A stretch of 62,633 nt of DNA, filler included, from Chiloscyllium plagiosum (taxonomy: Eukaryota): the NCBI RefSeq assembly GCF_004010195.1. It is 4 parts of one record of this genome, joined end to end, with 100 filler letters (N's around TTAATTAATTAA, not from the genome) between each part and the next. Parts side by side here need not be neighbours in the genome. Positions count along the whole stretch, not along the records: positions 1 to 30,295 come from NC_057714.1; positions 30,396 to 38,677 come from NC_057714.1; 2 more parts are not named here. The stretch is one strand, 5' to 3'. Position numbers and translations under genes: made by a program. Positions 25,794 through 37,437 of the stretch are shown here, piece after piece; position 1 is the first letter of the stretch, and every line of letters begins with the position of its first letter. Below the pieces are notes generated by a model, which was not told the origin of the DNA, searched no databases, and saw only the letters and a program-made list of their open reading frames with translations.

Positions 25794-26440
25794 CTCAGGT
25801 GAAACAGTGTACACGATTCCTGCTTTCTATTTATATGTTTGGGTTTCTTTGGGTTGGTGATGTTATTTCCTGTGGTGATGTCATTTCCTCTTCTTTTTCT
25901 CAGGGGGTAGCAAAACTAATGTCATTTACAAAATACCGTGCAAGAACTGTAACAAACACTACATTGGACAAAAGGCAGAAAACTAGCCATCAGGATACAT
26001 GAAAACCAACTAGCCACAAAACAACATGACTCTCTCTCACTAGTATCCTTACATACAGATAAGGAAGGACACCACTTCGACTGGGACAACATATCCATCT
26101 TAGGACAAGCCAAACAGAGACATGCACTAGAATTCCTAGAAGCATGGCATTCCAACTGGAACTCTAGCAACAAACACATTGAGTTAGACCCCATCCCCTA
26201 AGCAAAAGAACAGGATACGACATCACCACAGGAAATGACAACACCAACCCAAAGAAACTCAAACATATAAATAGAAAGAAGGAATCACGTACACTGCTTT
26301 GCCTGAGGCCCACTGAAGATGTTACCTATAGGGTGATGAAATGAACTTCCCAGATCAGCGAGCTAACCTACATCCAAAGTTGTGATTAATATATTGGAGC
26401 ACATTACACCAGTCTGGAGTGTATAGTCATCTAAATAAGG

Positions 26441-26624
26441 TCAGAAGTCACATAACACAGGTTATAGTCTAACAGGTTTATTTGAAATCACAAGCTTTTG
26501 GAGCACTGCTTCTTCAGCAATGCTTCAGAAGTTTGTGATTTCAAATAAACCTGTTGGATTATATCCTGATGTCATGTGACTTCTGACCTTATCCACCCCA
26601 GTTCAACACCTACACCTCCACATT
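26441..26624. mobile_element. Fold-back insertion of the AGCU-hammerhead family, about 70-bp arms, 12-bp TSD
   Basis: ataaggtcagaagtcac...aacaggtttatttgaaatcacaa pairs with ttgtgatttcaaataaacctgtt...gtgacttctgaccttat. TSD atctaaataagg at 26429-26440 and 26625-26636. Confidence 0.75.
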
Positions 26625-29600
26625 ATCTAAATAAGGCATGTTATTAAAAGCTCTTTATGATAACAATCTTCATGAGTAAAGATCTACAATTGAATTTAAT
26701 AATCCAGTTGGAGTGGTTGGCATTTTGATAAGTGATATTACTTATTCAATAATAAGAAAAGGAAACACTAATGCTAAAACTCTCATTCCATTCTTTTCAT
26801 CTCTCTCAGCTCCCAAGTTCCTAAAATCTACCGCTTTGCCCAAACTTTGAGAAACGTGTCCTAATATCTCCATTTCTGGCCCACTGTCATTTTAGTTCAC
26901 TGATTATGCTCTTTAAAGCATTTTGGTTTATTTTTCAACATTAAAGCTGCTTGGCCAATGTGTGCTTTTGTTATGTGCCATTGCATCACTGGCTGCAACG
27001 CATCTTCCTAGATTTCACTTATTGCTTCCTTATTGTCTGCTACTTCTTCCTATTGTTCTAACTCTTCCAACCGCAATCCTTTCAATATTGCTAGGTTGGT
27101 GCTTGTATGCAGCATTAAACAGTGATGCACCTTTGTGCGGGGAGTATTGCAGGGTGCCTCAAATCTATCCAGGAATCTAATGTTAATGTTCTCTGAAACC
27201 ATGTTGCACATGGCTCCAGGTCTGTAATCATACTTGAAATCTTTGGGTGTTGTGGCATTGCAGAAGGGTGCTTTTCGGTAAGTGATGCCCTGTTGAGGTT
27301 GCCACACTTTGGAACATATAAAAGCTTTCATGAACTCTTTGAAGAGAGCAGGGGAGTTCTCTCTGCTCAACTGGGCAATACTTATTTTACAAACTATTTT
27401 TTCTTTAACTATAGTTCTGATTATGTAAACCTTAATTTTCAATGAGCAAGAATGGGGGCGCAGAAGTAGGCATAAATGACAATAGCTTCTGAACAAGATT
27501 GGTGCCATCAGAATAAGTCATCAATGGTAAAGAAAGAGGACCCAAAGATAACATGCAGCGCACGGGCTAACATCTACCCCACCAAAGATTTCCATCCATT
27601 CCACCAAACGCCTGCCAACCAGTTTCTACAATACATTAATGCACAAAGAGAATAACCCAAAGTATCCCAACAGGTTGATTAAAAATATTTTGTTTTGCAA
27701 ACAGGTGGAAGAGTTTCTGTTTGGAGCTGTTTGTCCAAACACTGGATGTTTCCCACTAACATTAGTAAGTCTACGAGCAGCATACATGGGACAGAACCAG
27801 TTCTGAGGGTCGGTAAGCACCGGGCAATGCTTGACTAGTGGCTGAGATTGAAGGCAAGGAGATTTAAGATGAGATCAGGGTGTTAGGAGGGAGGGGGAAG
27901 GAGGGTGTGATGTGGAGAGGACTCTGCAGCCTCTTTCTTAAACCTACTCTGGTAGATTTTAACCACTGAGTGACAAAGAATCCCAGCCAACTGTTAACAG
28001 TGGGAAGCCTGGTATGGGAGGGGCCAATTTGCCAATCTCTGACTTTGGATCTGGTGGCAAAGCTCAGGGAGTAGGGCTAACCATGAGTGAGGGCTGGTGG
28101 TGGTTCAATAGGGCAATAGGAAGTGACAGTACAACTGTGGGTTTGCATGAGCGCTTATCCTAATCTAAAAGAAATAATTTTAAACTTACCGTTTTTAAAC
28201 TTTGCATAGCTGACTAATTTACTAAGTTCCAGCCTGCAAAATGGACTACACCTTCCACAAAAATCCCAAACATCATGATTTTCTCTTACATTTCTCATCA
28301 TATTAAGCCAAACATCTGAACTCTACTTTTTTTTTGCATATTTGAACCAAGTGATTGGTCTGAATTTGGCACAGTGCTAGGAGTTCAAAGCAAGGGCAGG
28401 TCTGCTTGACAACTAGACTTCAAATCGTTCCTCTTTCAGCATTAAACTCATTGACTAAATGCAGTGTCCAAAAATCCACAAATGCACATCGCTCTGGAAA
28501 ATCTACCATTTCTTGGTGTTATGGACCAGGCCAGACTCCCTCAAAACATTTCAAGAAAATAGCCCAGACCCTAATTTTTCTTGCTGTTTTAAGCAGGTGT
28601 AAGTGTAGATATTCCAGGAGTGATGAGGCTGGCCCAACCACTCAGTTTTAAACAAAACAGTATTTTATGGAATCATAGAGTCATAGAGCACAGAAACAGA
28701 CCCTTCGATCCTTCGATCCAACCAGTCCATGCCGAACATAATCCCAAAGTAAACTAGCGCTGCCTGCCTGCTCCTGCCTGATATCCCTCCAAATCTTTCA
28801 TATTCACCTCTCACCTTAAAAATGTGCCGAGTCCGACAACATGAAAACATTTGGACAATTAGCAATGTTAAGAATTTGTGAGTACATATCTGTATAATAG
28901 GCATTGATCAGCTATTAGACAGCCACATCCATTTCGACTAAAACCCAAGTTACTTAAAAAGTGAAGGCTTGACTTTCCTTTAAATAAAATCCAAGTGCCC
29001 ACATGTCTGATTTTTTTAAGGAAACAGCAGATGAATGCCCGCCGCAGCACAGCTCTCCTGAAAGAATATACAGATTATTACAACACTAAAACTCATCTTT
29101 CCACAAAGTCTACGTGCCATGGTCCCTCCTTATTTGATGCCAATGCTATCGAGAGACAACTGTAGGCCTGCAATCTTTGAACCATAAGGCTGTGGTTCTT
29201 CAAACAGTACTCTAAAAGAGATTAAGGTGAGTCAAGGAGCAGCAAATGAAAAGGGAAACAGAAAAAAAGGAAACAGTAAAAGGAGAGAAATAACAAACAT
29301 TGTATCGCACTCCATTTCTTTAAACTGGGCAGCCAATAGTCATTTATTTACACATGAATAAAAGAATTTAAAATAACATAACTGTTTTAAAACCCAATCG
29401 ACTCTATCACAACTTAATGATGCTGTTCCAAATACTTGTGGCATTCCCAAAAACACCCCCTTGGCAAAAAGGTTAATATCAAACACTGGTTCTTACAGAA
29501 GAGATGTCAGAGAAAGAGAGAGGATCAGCATGGAGCTGCTTCTTTGACCAGTAGCCTTAAAAACTGACTCGCAGCTGCAAAACAGCCAGACTGCTAAACA

Positions 29601-29664
29601 TCAAAGCTGAAAATGTGTTGCTGAAAAAGCACAGCAGGTCAAGCAGCATCCAAGGAGCAGGAGC

Positions 29665-29699
29665 ATCGACGTTTCGGGCATGAGCCCTTCTTCAGGAAT
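29665..29699 (-). ncRNA. Minimal type-I hammerhead ribozyme motif, intact core
   Basis: auuc CUGAAGA A GGGC ucau GCCC GAAA CGUC gau. Confidence 0.7.
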
Positions 29700-30295
29700 G
29701 AGGAGGGTGTGCCCAGCAGGCTAAGATAAAAGGTAGGGAGGAGGGACCTGGGGGAGGGGCATTGGAAATGCAATAGGTGGAAGGAGGTTAAGGTGAGGGT
29801 GATAGGCCGGAGTGGGGGTGGAGAGGTCAGGAAGAAGATTGCAGGTTAGGAAGGTGGTGCTGAGTTCGAGGGATTTGACTGAGACAAGGTGGGGGAGGGG
29901 AAATGAGGAATTGGAGAAATCTGAGTTCATCCCTTGTGGTTGGAGGATTCCTAGGCGGAAGATGAGGCACTCTTCCTCCAGCCATCGCATTGCTATGGTC
30001 TGGCGATGGAGGAGTCCAAGGACCTGCATATCCTTGGTGGAGTGGGAGGGGGAGTTGAAGTGTTGAGCCATGGGGTGGTTGGGTTGGTTGGTCCGGGTGT
30101 CCCAGAGGTGTTCTCTGAAACATTCCGCAAGTAGGCGGCCTGTCTCCCCAATATATGGAGGCCACATCGGGTACAGCGGATGCAGTAAATGGTGTGTGTG
30201 GAGGTGCAGGTGAATTTGTGGCGGATATGGAAGGATCCCTTGGGGCCTTGGAGGGAAGTAAGGGGGAGGTGTGGGTGCAAGTTTTGCCTTTCTTG

Positions 30296-30395
30296 NNNNN
30301 NNNNNNNNNNNNNNNNNNNNNNNNNNNNNNNNNNNNNNNTTAATTAATTAANNNNNNNNNNNNNNNNNNNNNNNNNNNNNNNNNNNNNNNNNNNN
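30296..30395. other. 100-bp scaffold gap with TTAATTAATTAA spacer (also 38678-38777 and 51651-51750)
   Basis: The same 44N + ttaattaattaa + 44N layout occurs three times; the spacer gives stops in all six frames. Confidence 0.95.
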
Positions 30396-30616
30396 TGAAC
30401 TCAGATTTCTCCAGTTTCCTCATTTCCCCTCCCCGCACCTTGTCTCAGTCAAATCTCTCAACTCAGCACTGCCTTCCTAACCTGTAATCTTCTTCCTGAC
30501 CTCTCTGCCCCCACCCCCACTTCGGCCTATCACCCTTACCTATCGCATTTCCAACGCCCCTCCCCCAAGTCCCTCCTCCCTACCTTTTATCTTAGCTTGC
30601 TTGGCACACTCTCCTC

Positions 30617-30652
30617 ATTCCTGAAGAAGGGCTCATGCCCGAAACGTCGATT
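30617..30652 (+). ncRNA. Minimal type-I hammerhead ribozyme motif, intact core, predicted cleavage after 30648
   Basis: auuc CUGAAGA A GGGC ucau GCCC GAAA CGUC gauu. Confidence 0.72.
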
Positions 30653-33600
30653 CTCCTGCTCCTTGGATGCTGCCTGACCTGCTGCACTTTTCCATCAACA
30701 CATTTTCAGCTCTGATCTCCAACATCTGCAGTCCTCACTTTCTCCTGCTAAACATCAAACCAAACCAGAGAAAAGCTGAGCTGGGAGAACTGGCCACTCC
30801 CCTTTCATCATAAAAGTGCTTTTTTTAAAGAATCATAAAAGCTTCTTCAAGTAGACAAATGCAGACAAAACAGACCTTCTGTCTCTATAACCCCTCTGAA
30901 AGAAACAAGGACAACCTAACCTTGTTCCAGAGGCAGGCAATCTTAAATATCAAGAAGCATGGTGCATAGACACTGTCTAAATACCAGAAATGTGGATAAT
31001 CTTATGGAATAACAAGCATTAATACCCTATGCAATTTAAAAATCTGATCTTTCTTAGAAGGCATTATTTTGTTTCAAAAGTGACTTTAGGTCCAAACTAT
31101 ACAGATTAATGTGTGGAAGATTGAATAAAATTGTGGGAAAGGTTTATATCAGACAAGAGAGGAAAGAATACTCTGGGGAAAGAGCAACAGTTTGGTTAGG
31201 GTTGCCACTGTAGAGTGTCTGAAAAACATGATAAATCCAACATTTTGATTAAATCGTACATTAAAATATCCATGTCAACATTCAAACAAAACATCTGTAC
31301 TCAGTAATAACCACATAGCCTGATAGATCACGTTTCTTTGTGGTTATAAATTTGTGTCTTCCGTACACAACGACGAAAAGGCTAATGCAAAAAATCTAAT
31401 GTTTGCATGGTTCTGTGTTTCTGAAAAATTGTAATTGTGACGAGGGTCATATTTTTCTCAAGTGGTGACTGAAAGCTGCAAGTTCCAGTTTAATCCAGTT
31501 GACATGTCAACCTAAGGGGGTACTCTGGTATTCTCTTCAGAAGGTGATGAAGGCTGAGTCATTGAATATATTCAAAACTCAGTCAGACTGATGTTTGACA
31601 GACGAGAGGGTCATTGGTTATTGAGGAGAGAGGACGGCAGAGTTGAGACCACAACCATGTCAGCCCTCATATTGTTGAAAGGCAAGGCAAGACTCAAAGA
31701 GCTGAATGCTGTTCCTAATTCCAATGTTCCTGCGTTTTTGAATGAGGCATTAGGTTTGGGAGAGAGAGAGAGAGAGCAAACTTGAGAAGGTAAGGCGAGG
31801 TGAAAGAAACTGCCGTGGGAAAGAGAGTGCAGCAGGCAGAGAGAAGCCGTGAGACAGTGAGGCTATATGGTGTGTGTTGGGTGGGGTGGGGGTAGGTGTT
31901 TGGAAACTTTATTGTCCCACATTGGCTAACCCTTACAGAAGGGCATCACCTTCCTTGTGGCTAAGTGCATGAAAATGCTTTGTTGCAACAATATCAAGCT
32001 AAATTTCCAGCTGTGTATTACCATCCATTTCCACAACACGCTCATTTGTCCCGCCAACACAAGATTGAAATGTGACCTCTCCCACCAGAAAGATGGACAA
32101 TGCTGGTGCAGATCAAAGTCTATCTATCCAATTAAAAAGTAAATTGCAAATTGGTAGGCAGCCTCCCAGGGTATTATCTGGCGACTATCTGCTCTGAATT
32201 AGAAACCAGGGTTGATGAGGTATCATAGACCAGTTGGGCGAATGGTCTGTTCAGTGCTTTAAACCCATGCAACTTGATATTGTTGCCACACAGGGACAGA
32301 TCATTCAGTCCGCTGTGTCTGTGCCCATTCTTTGAACCAGCTCCCCATTAGACCAATTCCCCTGCTCTTTCACCACAACCCCGCAAATTTCTCCCCTTCA
32401 GGAATTTCTCCAATTGTCCATTTGACAGCATTTCTGAACCTGCTTCTGTCACGGTTCCCAGCAGTGAATTCCGGATGATAACGACGAACTGTACAAAACA
32501 AAACTCACCCCCCGAGATCTCTTCTCTTTTGCCACTGAATGCCAATCTGCCGAGAGATGCCTCACAATAAGACAGGCAGCTACTCACAATATACAAGCAA
32601 TCTTGGCAAGAGACAGATTGGATGACCCTGTAACCCCAACGGTGATTCAATTTGATTTGAAAGGCAGCGATTGATTTGAGAGTAGGTCCTTTGACCTGTA
32701 CACTTGCTCCAAGCCTTCTTGGACTTTCTGAGAGAAGGTCTGACTAACAGCAGCACTTTGTAATCCTCAAGATCCCTGAAAATATCTGGTTGCCGCTGCA
32801 GACTGAACTGTCGACAGACACTCTTTTAACAAAAAAAACTGAAATAAAAGTAGGAAATGCTGGTAATATAAAAGATCTCAGCCAACACCTGCAAACCAAG
32901 AGTTTTTAAGGTTGAACATTCCATGCTAGCCTCCTCATATACTTCCTGACCTTAATCCATCATCATAGATATCTTATTCCTTCTCCCTTATATGCCTGTA
33001 TAGCTTTACCGTAAATCCATTATAACTATTTGTATCAACCACTCCCTGTAGTAGTGAGTCCCATGTTCTTTGGATAAAGACGTTTCCCTTTCAGAATTCT
33101 TGTAAGCTATCTTCTATGGACGGGCCTCTGGTAATGTACTTTCTCAGAAGACAAAGCACTCTCTCTTCGTAACAGCAGCACAGAATTGCTAAGGTGCTAT
33201 CCAGACCATCGTGCCTGCACAGCGCCAATTTCCTCCTTTTCTATCCCCACACTATCAAAATGTTATATGATCCTCTGTTAGGTTGCCTCTCATCTTCTTT
33301 CCCCCCAGACAGTCTGCAGTCTGTCAATCCTTTCCGGACATATGCACCCACGCATTCCTGATACTATCTTTGCAAGTCTTCTCTACGTCCTCCGCAGTGC
33401 CTCAATCTCCTCTTTTGTAACATGGAGACCAGAACACAGTACTCTGTGGTCCACTTGAAGTTTGAGACAGGTTTAGCCTAACTATTTTTTAATTCTATCT
33501 GCTCACAATAAAATCGTAGCATTTGGTTTGCTTTGCTGATGTGCAACTTTCACTGATTGCTGATCTATCAGTTTCACTCCCCCATTTACCCTTGCACTTC

Positions 33601-34103
33601 CCAAGGAATAAGTGACGTCATTTCCTTCCTCCACAAACGTGTGATCTTGCATTTCTTGACGTTGAATCTTACTTACCAACTATTTACCATGTTATGCAAG
33701 TTCACTGTTGCAATGTGTGTAGTCCTACTGGGTTTTGAGGACCTTTTGCCCCAGCTCCCTGCTGCCACAAACCACCCTAAACTGAATGAGATTCCTTGGA
33801 TATGAGCATCCTAATGATGCGGGTTACATACACCTCACGTATTGCTTCAGTGCATTTCAATAAAGCCAAGCTGATTGATCTGATTGTACAGCAGCCATGC
33901 AGTGCTTTATGTAATCTCAGCCCAATACTGAAAATGATTAGACCTGGGCCATTGAGCTTTTGTACCTGTTCATTCCAAAAAGGAGAATGATGGAAATATT
34001 TAAGTAATGTTTCAACAGAACTACACACCACAGGAGCAAGGTCCAGGTCCCCAAAGGGACGATCTGCCTTTTCAAATTGTGCTTGGTTCATATCTCTCTC
34101 CCT

Positions 34104-34109
34104 TTTATT
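34104..34109 (-). promoter_or_regulatory. Candidate polyadenylation signal for HTR5A
   Basis: AATAAA on the minus strand about 750 nt past the stop codon; no transcript evidence. Confidence 0.3.
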
Positions 34110-34773
34110 TGGGAGGAAATAGGTTATTGCCGAAAAATGGGCAAATACAGGAAAACAGTACTTGGAATCAAAGGGACAGTGACAATGGGCTAAATGACCC
34201 GCTCCGGGCTCTGTGCTTCGATCGTTTATAATTTAGCTTGTGGTTCCTCTGGTTTTGTTTCTGACACAGCTTATGTGCATTATTCTGTGCTATCTCTAAA
34301 TCAAAGAGAAAGTACGTGAATTATTCCGAGCAATGAACAAAGTTACCATTTTCAAGAGGATCTTTACTATTGCAAGAGAGAGAGAGAGAGAGACCCCTTA
34401 GGTCACACAGAATGATGACAGATGGACACGGCAGTTCAATATAAAATAGATTTGACGGCGTTCGTTTCTGGCCAGTCCTTATTGTCAGTCCCACAGTGAC
34501 CTGGTGGACCCAGTGACGGCAGATACACTGGCTGGCTGGTCTGGGTGCTGGATGGCAATGTATGTACAACTGAAATATGTACAGATACTTTACAAGGGAA
34601 TATTCGATTGCAAACGCTCGGAACCACAAATGCTGTTTCGGTTTGTACAAGAAACAGCGTCGGAGCTGCTAAATAGGTTTGGCTAACGTGGCACTGCAAG
34701 CTCCCCTCCCCCCACCCCCTAATTTCCAAGGCATCTTTGCAGCTTTTTGTTTCACATTGGCCATGCACTCTCG

Positions 34774-34805
<32 letters not shown>

Positions 34806-34807
34806 GT
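34774..34807. repeat. (GT)n microsatellite in the HTR5A 3' UTR
   Basis: About 16 GT units with one interruption. Confidence 0.9.
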
Positions 34808-34862
34808 TCATTTGTCTTGACTAAAACTGGACAGAAGGCTGTGCCAGCGGCCGGCCAAAGCT

Positions 34863-35195
34863 CTACCTCTGCCGGGAGAAGAGGTTCCTGAAGGCGTTAT
34901 TGTAGTTCTTGTTGAAGGCGGTGTAGATCAGGGGATTGAAGAAGGAGTTGGAGTAGCCCAGCCAGAGGAAGATACTCTTCCAGATGGGCGGGATGTCACA
35001 GGAGCACAGCGGGTTGATCAGCTCGGTGATGAAGAACGGGATCCAGCACAGCACGAAGACCCCGATCAGGATGCCGACCATCAGCGCTGCCTTCTTCTCC
35101 TTCTGCTCCCGCCAGGTATCTCCATCAGTCTGGAAGGTGACCGTGGCGTGCCGCACAGTGAACACCATCTGAGGCTGCTGGTTCGCCTCTTTCAC
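34863..35195 (-). CDS. HTR5A: HTR5A coding exon 2 (110 aa plus TAG; TM6-TM7 and C-tail)
   Basis: Acceptor ctgtctgtccag|GTG AAA GAG, phase 0. Translation [55 protein letters not shown]...[33 protein letters not shown] carries the CWxP and NPxxY motifs. Confidence 0.96.
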   Translation of the reverse strand: MKEANQQPQMVFTVRHATVTFQTDGDTWREQKEKKAALMVGILIGVFVLCWIPFFITELINPLCSCDIPPIWKSIFLWLGYSNSFFNPLIYTAFNKNYNNAFRNLFSRQR

Positions 35196-37437
35196 CTGGA
35201 CAGACAGGGTGAACACACCAGTCAGCAGCAGATCTCCAATACCCACCTTTCAACACAGCACCGTTGCTGCTCATTAAGACAGACTGTCGGCACTTTCACT
35301 GGACAGAACGATTGTAATAGCATTCCTTCAACTATCTCCTTTCTCATCCTTTCCATTTTTTCTCACTGCTTCTGTGCCCGATTTGTCTCTGACTGACCCA
35401 TTTATTTTTCCAATCTTTCATTGGCAAAATCGCACTGACACTTCCCTAATTTCTTTTGTTTCCCACTCTTCTATTCAAACCTTCCCCTCTTATACCCCCC
35501 TCCCCCAATCCGCCTTCCCATTCCCCCTCCNNNNNNNNNNNNNNNNNNNNNNNNNNNNNNNNNNNNNNNNNNNNNNNNNNNNNNNNNNNNNNNNNNNNNN
35601 NNNNNNNNNNNNNNNNNNNNNNNNNNNNNNNNNNNNNNNNNNNNNNNNNNNNNNNNNNNNNNNNNNNNNNNNNNCCACTCATCCTCCCTCCCCTCACACA
35701 TTCCCCTCACATCCACTCCTTGCTCTCACACATTGCCCTTTCCCCTACACATCCCTCTCCTCTCACATGTTCCCCTTCCCCTCACACTTTCTCCTGCTCT
35801 TTTTCCTTGCATCTTTATCCTCTCCCTCCAATCATTTTCTATTAAATGCATTGCTTCATTCTCTGTCTCTATGCTTTCTGTTTTGATCTCTCCATCTTTC
35901 TCTTTCACCCCATTGTTTTCTTTATGACTACTTTTTCCCTCTCTCTTTCCCCTCCTCATATTGGTTATTCTATTTACTGTCAACTTGTTCCCTCTCAGAT
36001 TTGTTCTATGATTTTAATATTAATTCCAACCGTTTTCCTCTCCCTGTGTGTGGTCCCATTTTTCTACCCTGTCAGTTTTCTCGCTTTCTCCGTGATCTTG
36101 CTCCCTATTTTCCTGTATTTCTTTTCCTTTCATTCTATTGTTTTTTTTGCTGTCTTTGAAACTGCTCTCCTTGCATCTGTGTTGTTTCTGCTCTGCACTA
36201 TTTCCCCGCCTCTCCCTGCTTTGCCCGGTGTTAGTGCTCCTGGGCAGTCTCATTCTCTCATTGCTCACTGTCTCACTGTCCACTCTGTCAGCACTGCCTG
36301 AAGACCAATCTTCCACTTCAGAGTCACTGAATGGTTATGCTGTAGAACAAGACAGGTTCAGCCCATTGTCAGCGCCTCTCTTCCTTTGTCAGTTTATCTC
36401 TAATGTTTGTGATTTTTAATGTTGTCCCCCTCCATCTCTCTTTCCTTTGGACATACATGTCCCACCTTAGGATCCACCTATCCTTCTTTTCCCCTCTCTT
36501 TCTCTCTCACATACGTTCCCTCAGGTCTTTTCTCTCCCTCTTTATATCTCTTTCAGACACACACTTTCCTTGGATTGTCTCACTCACTCACATTCCCTGA
36601 GATATCCCTCTCTCTTTCACAGGAATGGCTCTCTCTAAATCCCCACATCTCTCTCTTCCCCTGAGGCTCTCTCTCTCTGGTCTCATTCTGTCTGTTTCTG
36701 TGGCATCTCACAGACACACAGACACATTTCTCTCTCACATCCACATTTTCCTGGAGGTCTCTCTCTCCGCCTCAAATCTCTTCCTCTCTCTTCCCGTGGC
36801 ATCTTTCTCTCTCTCTCCGTCAAGCACACACATGCACACTTTCCTCGGAATCTCTCTCTCTCTCTCTTTCTGTGGGATATCTCATGGTCTCTCTCAGGTC
36901 ACTCACTCCCCCTCTGGTCTCTTTCTCTCTCACTCACACACACACTTTCCTGGGGGTCCCTCTCTCCATCTGGTTTCTTTTTGACTTTCTGACCGATGTC
37001 TTTCTGACTCACTTTCCCTGAGAAGTCCCTTTTGTCTCTTTCTGTGGGATTTCTCTCTCTCTCTCTCTCTCTCCTCCCTGAGGTCACTCACTCACCCATC
37101 TTTCTCTCATACACACACACACTTTCCTGGGGCTCCCTTCTCTCTCCCTCTGGTCTCTTTCTGCCATGGGATCTCTCTCTTTCCCTGGGATGTCTTCCTC
37201 ATGCATTTTCCCTGATAATTCTCTTCTCTCTTCTCGGCGAATATCTCTTTCTCTCTCTCTCTCTGTCTGCACTCTTTCCTTGGGTTATTTCACTGAAGTT
37301 TTTTTTTGAACAGGTCTCTGTCTTTCTCACATCTGGATCCACTGTTGCCTGCACCCTCTGTCTCTTAACCCTCCCACAACCACATCCAGGGGGTGATGCT
37401 GATGCCAGAGGGAGTGTATTGGGCAGAGGGAGCTTAC
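35196..37437 (-). other. HTR5A intron (GT-AG, about 2.24 kb including a 144-N gap), low-complexity CT/GA-rich
   Basis: Canonical donor and acceptor join the two exons in frame at the ICL3 position typical of 5-HT5 receptors. The plus strand is dominated by C/T and (CT)n/(CA)n tracts. Confidence 0.9.

Larger units (their letters stand above)
25470..26374 (+). mobile_element. Penelope-like (Poseidon-type) element with inverted termini, GIY-YIG remnant and 14-bp TSD
   Basis: KTNVIYKIPCKNCNKHYIGQ..RKLAIRIHENQLATK...GHHFDWDNISILGQAKQRHALEFLEAWHS. TSD caaagttgtgatta at 25456-25469 and 26375-26388. The left part (25470 to about 25908) is an inverted copy of the 3' end. Confidence 0.88.
29606..30744 (-). 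mobile_element. Neptune-type Penelope element with long inverted termini, GIY-YIG endonuclease remnant and 15-bp TSD; spans an assembly gap
   Basis: FTCTSTHTIYCIRCTRCG..YIGETGRLLAECFREHL...MAQHFNSPSHS...LIFRLGILQPQGMN. TSD ctgctaaacatcaaa at 29591-29605 and 30745-30759. Confidence 0.9.
28517..30930 (-). mobile_element. Fragmented LTR-like repeat (same family as 15866-16483) interrupted by CR1, unique DNA and a PLE
   Basis: tgttatggaccaggccagac at 28517 is the reverse complement of the 16464-16483 end. gctgagctgggagaactggccactcccctttca near 30776 matches about 16001-16035 reversed. Confidence 0.55.

Noticed and set aside
30296..30395. Palindromic TTAATTAATTAA inside N runs (three times)
   Set aside because: Identical 100-bp padding at each site; a scaffolding spacer, not biology.
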